Assembly: GCA_002269645.1 (NCBI GenBank)
Contig: NIVC01000103.1
Coordinates: forward strand, 372,001 to 436,000
Reading direction: 5' to 3'
Origin: Macrostomum lignano
Lineage: Eukaryota
DNA length: 64,000 nucleotides
Position numbers and translations under genes: made by a program. Shown in pieces: positions 42,530-64,000 of this stretch. Each line of letters opens with the position of its first letter. Within the stretch, counting starts at the first letter, position 1. The notes below the pieces were generated by a model. That model worked only from the letters and a program-made list of their open reading frames with translations. It was not told where the DNA came from and did not search any database.

Positions 42530-43612
42530 CCCGCTGGGACAGAATGAGAGGGGTTGCACACCGTGACTAATCACCCGCGGGGACAGAATGAGAGGGGTTG
42601 CACACCGTGACTAATCACCCGCGGGGACAGAATGGGAGGGGTTGCACACCGTGACTAATCACCTGTGGGGACAGAATGGGAGGGGTTGCACACCGTGACT
42701 AATCACCCGCGGGGACAGAATGGGAGGGGTTGCACACCGTGACTAATCACCCGTGGGGACAGAATGGGAGGGGTTGCACACCGTGACTAATCACCCGCGG
42801 GGACAGAATGAGAGGGGTTGCACACCGTGACTAATCACCCGCGGGGACAGAATGGGAGGGGTTGCACACCGTGACTAATCACCCGCGGGGACAGAATGGG
42901 AGGGGTTGCACACCGTGACTAATCACCCGCGGGGACAGAATGGGAGGGGTTGCACACCGTGACTAATCACCCGCGGGGACAGAATGGGAGGGGTTGCACA
43001 CCGTGACTAATCACCTGTGGGGACAGAATGGGAGGGGTTGCACACCGTGACTAATCACCCGCGGGGACAGAATGGGAGGGGTTGCACACCGTGACTAATC
43101 ACCCGTGGGGACAGAATGGGAGGGGTTGCACACCGTGACTAATCACCCGTGGGGACAGAATGGGAGGGGTTGCACACCGTGACTAATCACCCGCGGGGAC
43201 AGAATGGGAGGGGTTGCACACCGTGACTAATCACCCGCGGGACAGAATGGGAGGGGTTGCACACCGTGACTAATCACCCGCGGGGACAGAATGGGAGGGG
43301 TTGCACACCGTGACTAATCACCCGCGGGGACAGAATGGGAGGGGTTGCACACCGTGACTAATCACCTGTGGGGACAGAATGAGAGGGGTTGCACACCGTG
43401 ACTAATCACCCGCGGGGACAGAATGGGAGGGGTTGCACACCGTGACTAATCACCCGCGGGGACAGAATGGGAGGGGTTGCACACCGTGACTAATCACCCG
43501 CGGGGACAGAATGGGAGGGGTTGCACACCGTGACTAATCACCCGCGGGGACAGAATGGGAGGGGTTGCACACCGTGACTAATCACCCGCGGGGACAGAAT
43601 GGGAGGGTTGCA
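42530..43612. repeat. Highly homogeneous 44-bp minisatellite, about 24 units (ggggacagaatgggaggggttgcacaccgtgactaatcacccgc)
   Basis: Period measured from agaatg at 42541 and 42585. There are no spacers. Confidence 0.96.
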
Positions 43613-43858
43613 AAGGGAGGGTTCACCGTAAAATAGGCGAAGCAAATTAGGGAAAATTTATCTGGCAACACACATGCAGCCTACTATAGAATGAGTAGTA
43701 TACTATAGGATAATAATGTTTGGTTTGCTTAAATTTCATCCTCGGAAAAAAGCCTTGAGGCCAATTTGCTTGCATTTTTTATTTAAAATTCTGAAAAATC
43801 ATGACCGTTTCAATGAGTTTAGGGGAAATCGTCATTCTCTAGACGACGTCGCGATCCA

Positions 43859-44602
43859 TCAGTCGAAGGGCGACAGGCACTCGGCCAGTGTTCCGTTGTA
43901 GCTGTTCACCAAAGAAATTTGCACTGATCGGCCATCGTTAATGCCCACAATTCCGGCACCAGAGACTGTGGCGTTCTCTATTTTACCAGCGTTATTCGGC
44001 TGATTCTCCATCCACAGATCGGCGCTGATGCTGAGCCTGCAGCTGTCCCAGATCCACCCACCAGCCGGTTCCTCGCTGCCTGGCGGCTGCGTGCCGCCCA
44101 GCAGCACCTTCCTGAGGTTGTCCCGGGTGAAAATGCTCTCCAGATGAATGATCTCGTTCATGTCGGTGACATCGGCCATGATGGTGAAGCCGGGCTCAGA
44201 GTCGATCAAAGTCTTGGCCACGTTGAAGTCCTTGGCATCTCTAAATAGTTTGTACTTGGCGCCGCAGTAGTCGTCAGCGTAGCCAGTCGGGCACAGGGCT
44301 CCCGGCGGCACGCCCGGCTGCCGCTTCATCAGCACCGCGGCCCGGCGAGTACAGTCGCAGTCGCGAACGTACTTGCTGCACCTGTTGAACACGAACAGCT
44401 GGCAGGTGCCGTCAGCCAGGCTGGCAGCCTGACAGTCCGGCGTGGCGTCGCACTGGCCGGCGCATTCAATCTTCGACGTGGCATCGGCGCGGTTGTCCAC
44501 GAACTCCGGCCTGATGCAGAATGGGGCGTCGATTTCCAAAAACTCGGTGGCCAGAGCGCCCGTCAGCAGGATGGCGGCAGCTGTTAGCAGACAGAAAGGC
44601 AT
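43859..44602 (-). CDS. Secreted PAN/Apple + atypical C-type lectin domain protein, 247 aa, intronless
   Basis: Signal peptide MPFCLLTAAAILLTGALA, PAN motif SKIECAGQCDATPDCQAAS..GTCQL, and CTL motifs VLLGG, EPAGGWIW and WMENQPNN. Confidence 0.85.
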   Translation of the reverse strand: MPFCLLTAAAILLTGALATEFLEIDAPFCIRPEFVDNRADATSKIECAGQCDATPDCQAASLADGTCQLFVFNRCSKYVRDCDCTRRAAVLMKRQPGVPPGALCPTGYADDYCGAKYKLFRDAKDFNVAKTLIDSEPGFTIMADVTDMNEIIHLESIFTRDNLRKVLLGGTQPPGSEEPAGGWIWDSCRLSISADLWMENQPNNAGKIENATVSGAGIVGINDGRSVQISLVNSYNGTLAECLSPFD

Positions 44603-45083
44603 GGCGACCGGCCCAGTTGCAGACCCGGATTTCCAATGCGTTTAAGTAGATAGACAAGGCTGAGTCTGAGACGATTCGTCTCTTGTTTTTCAGTTTCAGC
44701 AGTCTCTGTTTTCTCAGCAGCTATGGAGAACAATTTCCCTCGGAAAATTGTCGTTACTCGTATCTCCATTGTTTTCCTCGAAGTCACTTCAACAGGGTCT
44801 CGAGGGTTTTTTCATTAGCAGCCAGAAAACCTGCCAGCTGAAAGCATTCGAAATTCAGCTTTTTGTTGCCAAGCATTGTGAAATTAGCCTGGGCACGACA
44901 GAGACATGCAAATTGTATTGCCCGATCGGCTTTGCGTCTTGATTGTCAATTTCAATGGGACAAAAGAAATCACTGTGCCGAACTCTGTGGCGGGAGATTT
45001 CTGCCTGTCAATCAATCTCTCTGTAGATGTGTATTTTGCATGAGTATGCATGTCTAAATGTGTATGATTGTTTGTCTGTCTGT

Positions 45084-45575
45084 CTTATCAGGCACAACTG
45101 GACCGGCTGCCATCTGGAGACCAATATTTGTTTTCAGTTTCATAGAATCAGCTCACCGCAGATAGAACATACCGTCACTTTTTTAAACCATAATTTCTCA
45201 AATAGTTGCATTTTTACAACTGTCTAAAACACTATTATTTCACCAAAAAGACAGCGCAATGCCTGCTAAGACAGCTTTCTTGGTGCGCAAAGGCCCGCAG
45301 TTAACTAGCGCCTGTACCGTACAGCATATACGGACCTGAGTTTCAGAGTATTGCAGCAATAAAACTATAATTTCCATTTTTTGCATTTTCCTGCGGCTGA
45401 ACTCGGAGGCAAATCAGCACCGCTATTTTATTTACCTTTGTAGTACATAATTCATAGTGTGCAATCTTTGTCCTTGTTCTGCGTCTTTGTTGTATACAGT
45501 GTACTGCCCTGTCTGACTGTCTGCATGCCTGCCTGCCTGCCTGTCTGTCTGTCTGTCTGTCTGTCTGTCTGCCTC

Positions 45576-45642
<67 letters not shown>

Positions 45643-45679
45643 GCCTGCCTGCCTGTCTGTCTGTCTGTCTGTCTGTCTC

Positions 45680-45736
<57 letters not shown>
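45084..45736 (+). repeat. Right (inverted) copy of the KH-like gene 3'UTR (45084-45528) followed by (GTCT)n to 45736
   Basis: Begins cttatcaggcacaactggaccggc, identical to the reverse complement of the sequence ending at 36279. Confidence 0.92.
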
Positions 45737-46591
45737 ATTTATAAGTACCTTGTAATACTCCCAGGCAATTTAGTTTGCCCACCAGAGCATACATAAAAGA
45801 TTTTGTCTACAGCAACTCAGAAATACTCATCAATATTCGCTGTGCAATGCGCGAATCAGTGCATATCATAAAATTATTCATTAATAACCATTCAACTTTC
45901 AGTACTTCCTCACATGCAGCAAGTGCCTGTGCAGTGTAATTATGCATATTAATATTAGAATTCACAGCGTACAGGTAAGCAGCTGATGCACACAGAATAC
46001 GGTCCAGTAGTGCAGTGAGAATCAGCATACTCAGGAATGCTCAGCATTAGGATCAAAACGGGAATGTGGCGAGTATTCTGTAGAAAATATCACTCAAATC
46101 TGCTGCGCAGCTTTCAGTTTGAAAATAAAATTTATCAGCACAAAATGTAGGTGCGCTACTAATAGTAGGATACTGCAGAAATGTGCACGCCTAAAATACC
46201 CAAGGGCCAAGTGTCACGGGGGTTCTGCATTGTGTACTTTTATTTACCTGGATTTTATTTTTATGCTTTAAGCTGATGATACGTAGTCTTAAAAATTCAA
46301 AATTTAACAAAAGTACACAAAGTACTATCTTGATTGACAAGACAACAATGATCAAATAGTGTGGTAAACGAAGGTAAAATAATAGTACACAATTTCACTA
46401 TTAATGAGTGTAAATTCTCGTCTATATGTTTTGAACCTCTGTGCTCAGTGCAGATGCAGTGCATGTAATACATTTTGCTTGTTAAACCTTAGAGATTAGT
46501 ATGTAAAAGTACAGTCCAAATGTACTCAGTCCATTTCTGTGTCCAAACTGGCTCTTTGCATTGCTCACAAGTCTTCTTCATCTAATTCTAC

Positions 46592-62456
<15,865 letters not shown>

Positions 62457-63100
62457 CTGACACAGCTGACATAACAGTCTGACACAGCTGACATAACAGT
62501 CTGAAACAGTTGACATAACAGTCTGACACAGTTGACATAACAGTCTGAAACAGTTGACATAACAGTCTGACACAGCTGACATAACAGTCTGACACAGTCG
62601 ACATAACAGTCTGACACAGTTGACATAACAGTCTGAAACAGTTGACATCATAACAGTCTGACACAGCTGAGATAACAGTCTAACACAGTCGACAAAACAA
62701 TCTGACACAGCTGACATAACAGTCTGACACAGTCGACAAAACAGTCTGACACAGTCGACATAACAGTCTGACACAGTCGACATAACAGTCTGACACAGTC
62801 GACATAACAGTCTGAAACAGTTGACATCATAACAGTCTGACACAGTCGACATAACAGTCTAACACAGTCGACAAAACAATCTGACACAGCTGACATAACA
62901 GTCTGACACAGTCGACATAACAGTCTGACACAGTCGACATAACAGTCTGACACAGTCGACATAACAGTCTGACACAGTTGACATAACAGTCTGACACAGT
63001 CGACATAACAGTCTGACACAGTCGACATAACAGTCTGACACAGTTGACATAACAGTCTGACACAGTCGACATACATGTAACAGTCTGACACAGTCGACAT
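62457..63100. repeat. Intronic 22-bp minisatellite (acagtctgacacagtcgacata)
   Basis: Directly visible. Its edge supplies the acceptor at 62457-62458. Confidence 0.94.
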
Positions 63101-63877
63101 AACCAATCCAAGTTGCAGAGAGATGATGGACTGAGCAAACTGTTTGATCCGACTTCACATCAATCAAGATGGGTACGCTCGTAGCTCATAGTCTACTCTA
63201 CGCTGCCCTGGCATCTCTCAAGCAAGTGGGCGTTGTTTCGAAGTCCGCTTCATGTATTGTGCACAACCTTCGGAGGCCTTGATTTGACAGCAGTGAAACC
63301 AAAATTTGCTACCTAAAAGGATCTACGGCTATCGTTCTTGAGTACAAATCAGGCAGAATGGAGTGCAATGGGTTACTAATCAAAGAACTACATGTATGGC
63401 TATGTCAAAGAATCCTGTTGGACACAAGCGCACAAAGCACATCAGACATTCGTCATCATTTTATTTGCTAAGCGTCTTAGAATGGATCAATAAAAGCCGT
63501 TAACTGTCCAACACAAGAGATAGTAGCTAATGATATTTTTATCTAAGCTTCGACTTAAGCAACGCTCGTAACGTCAGTAAGACTCGTACTTCTGAACTTC
63601 TGAACTTCGGTCGACAAGTTATCGACTGCAGTCAGTTTGGTTTGGAGCTGAACTTCGGGCTCCATTCTGGTGCTTAAGTTGACATCCCCTTTGGAGCGAT
63701 CGCTTTGCTTTATAAATAAAAAACAAACACTCTCTGACAAACATCTGGCATATTATCGAAAACATCTAAGACACCTAATGACACGGTCTGACACCGTCTT
63801 TACTGCAGTGTAAAGTTTTCCGACACAGTTGCAATAATGTGTTTAAATGATTGGGAGAGAATAAAAATACTCCACTC

Positions 63878-64000
63878 CAAGTTTCTCCTCACCAAGAATC
63901 TCCCCTTCCAAGATTCTCCTCTCCAAGTTTCTCCTCACCAAGAATCTCCCCTTCCAAGATTCTCCTCTCCAAGTTTCTCCTCACCAAGAATCTCCCCTTC
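63878..64000. repeat. 15/30-bp minisatellite (aagtttctcctcaccaagaatctccccttcc), runs off window
   Basis: Directly visible. Confidence 0.9.

Noticed and set aside
42530-43612. CRISPR-like array
   Set aside because: The units are contiguous with no unique spacers, there are no cas genes, and the context is eukaryotic.
45807-46028. Short ORFs at 45807-46028, 54703-54948, 59962-60222 and 63555-63740 as genes or transposon proteins
   Set aside because: No diagnostic motifs could be confirmed without a search.
63095-63190. Further upstream exon of the receptor gene (..ATWIG|GTTATG)
   Set aside because: The phase fits, but the splice sites are weak and there is no recognisable ATD similarity, so the 5' end is left unresolved.

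Overview
Eukaryotic (animal) genomic DNA, not prokaryotic: GC-rich exons with GT-AG introns, and almost every intron is filled by its own minisatellite. Most long ORFs in the supplied track are repeat artefacts. The IR25a-type receptor points to a protostome. The architecture fits a free-living flatworm such as Macrostomum, but that is inference only. Nine protein-coding genes were assembled by hand. (1) An intronless multi-ankyrin gene running off the left edge, missed by the ORF track (-). (2) ANKRD42, 7 exons (-). (3) QRICH2/DUF4795-like (-). (4) NUFIP1 (+). (5) Mitochondrial CLPB/Skd3 (+). (6) An orphan gene with a degenerate KH-like region (-). (7) A secreted PAN + C-type lectin protein (-). 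(8) An IR25a-like ionotropic receptor, 5'-incomplete (-). (9) An ankyrin/proline-repeat gene nested antisense in an intron of the receptor (+). There are also two non-autonomous TIR elements with 8-9 bp TSDs, a CCAAT/E-box palindrome, and a ~446 bp inverted duplication of a 3'UTR. The best leads are a possible trans-spliced NUFIP1-CLPB operon initiated by the spliced-leader AUG, the IR25a-like locus with its nested gene and duplicated M4 acceptor, and minisatellites built from splice-site sequence. No CRISPR, rRNA or tRNA could be supported. All gene names come from recalled motif similarity, not from database searches.
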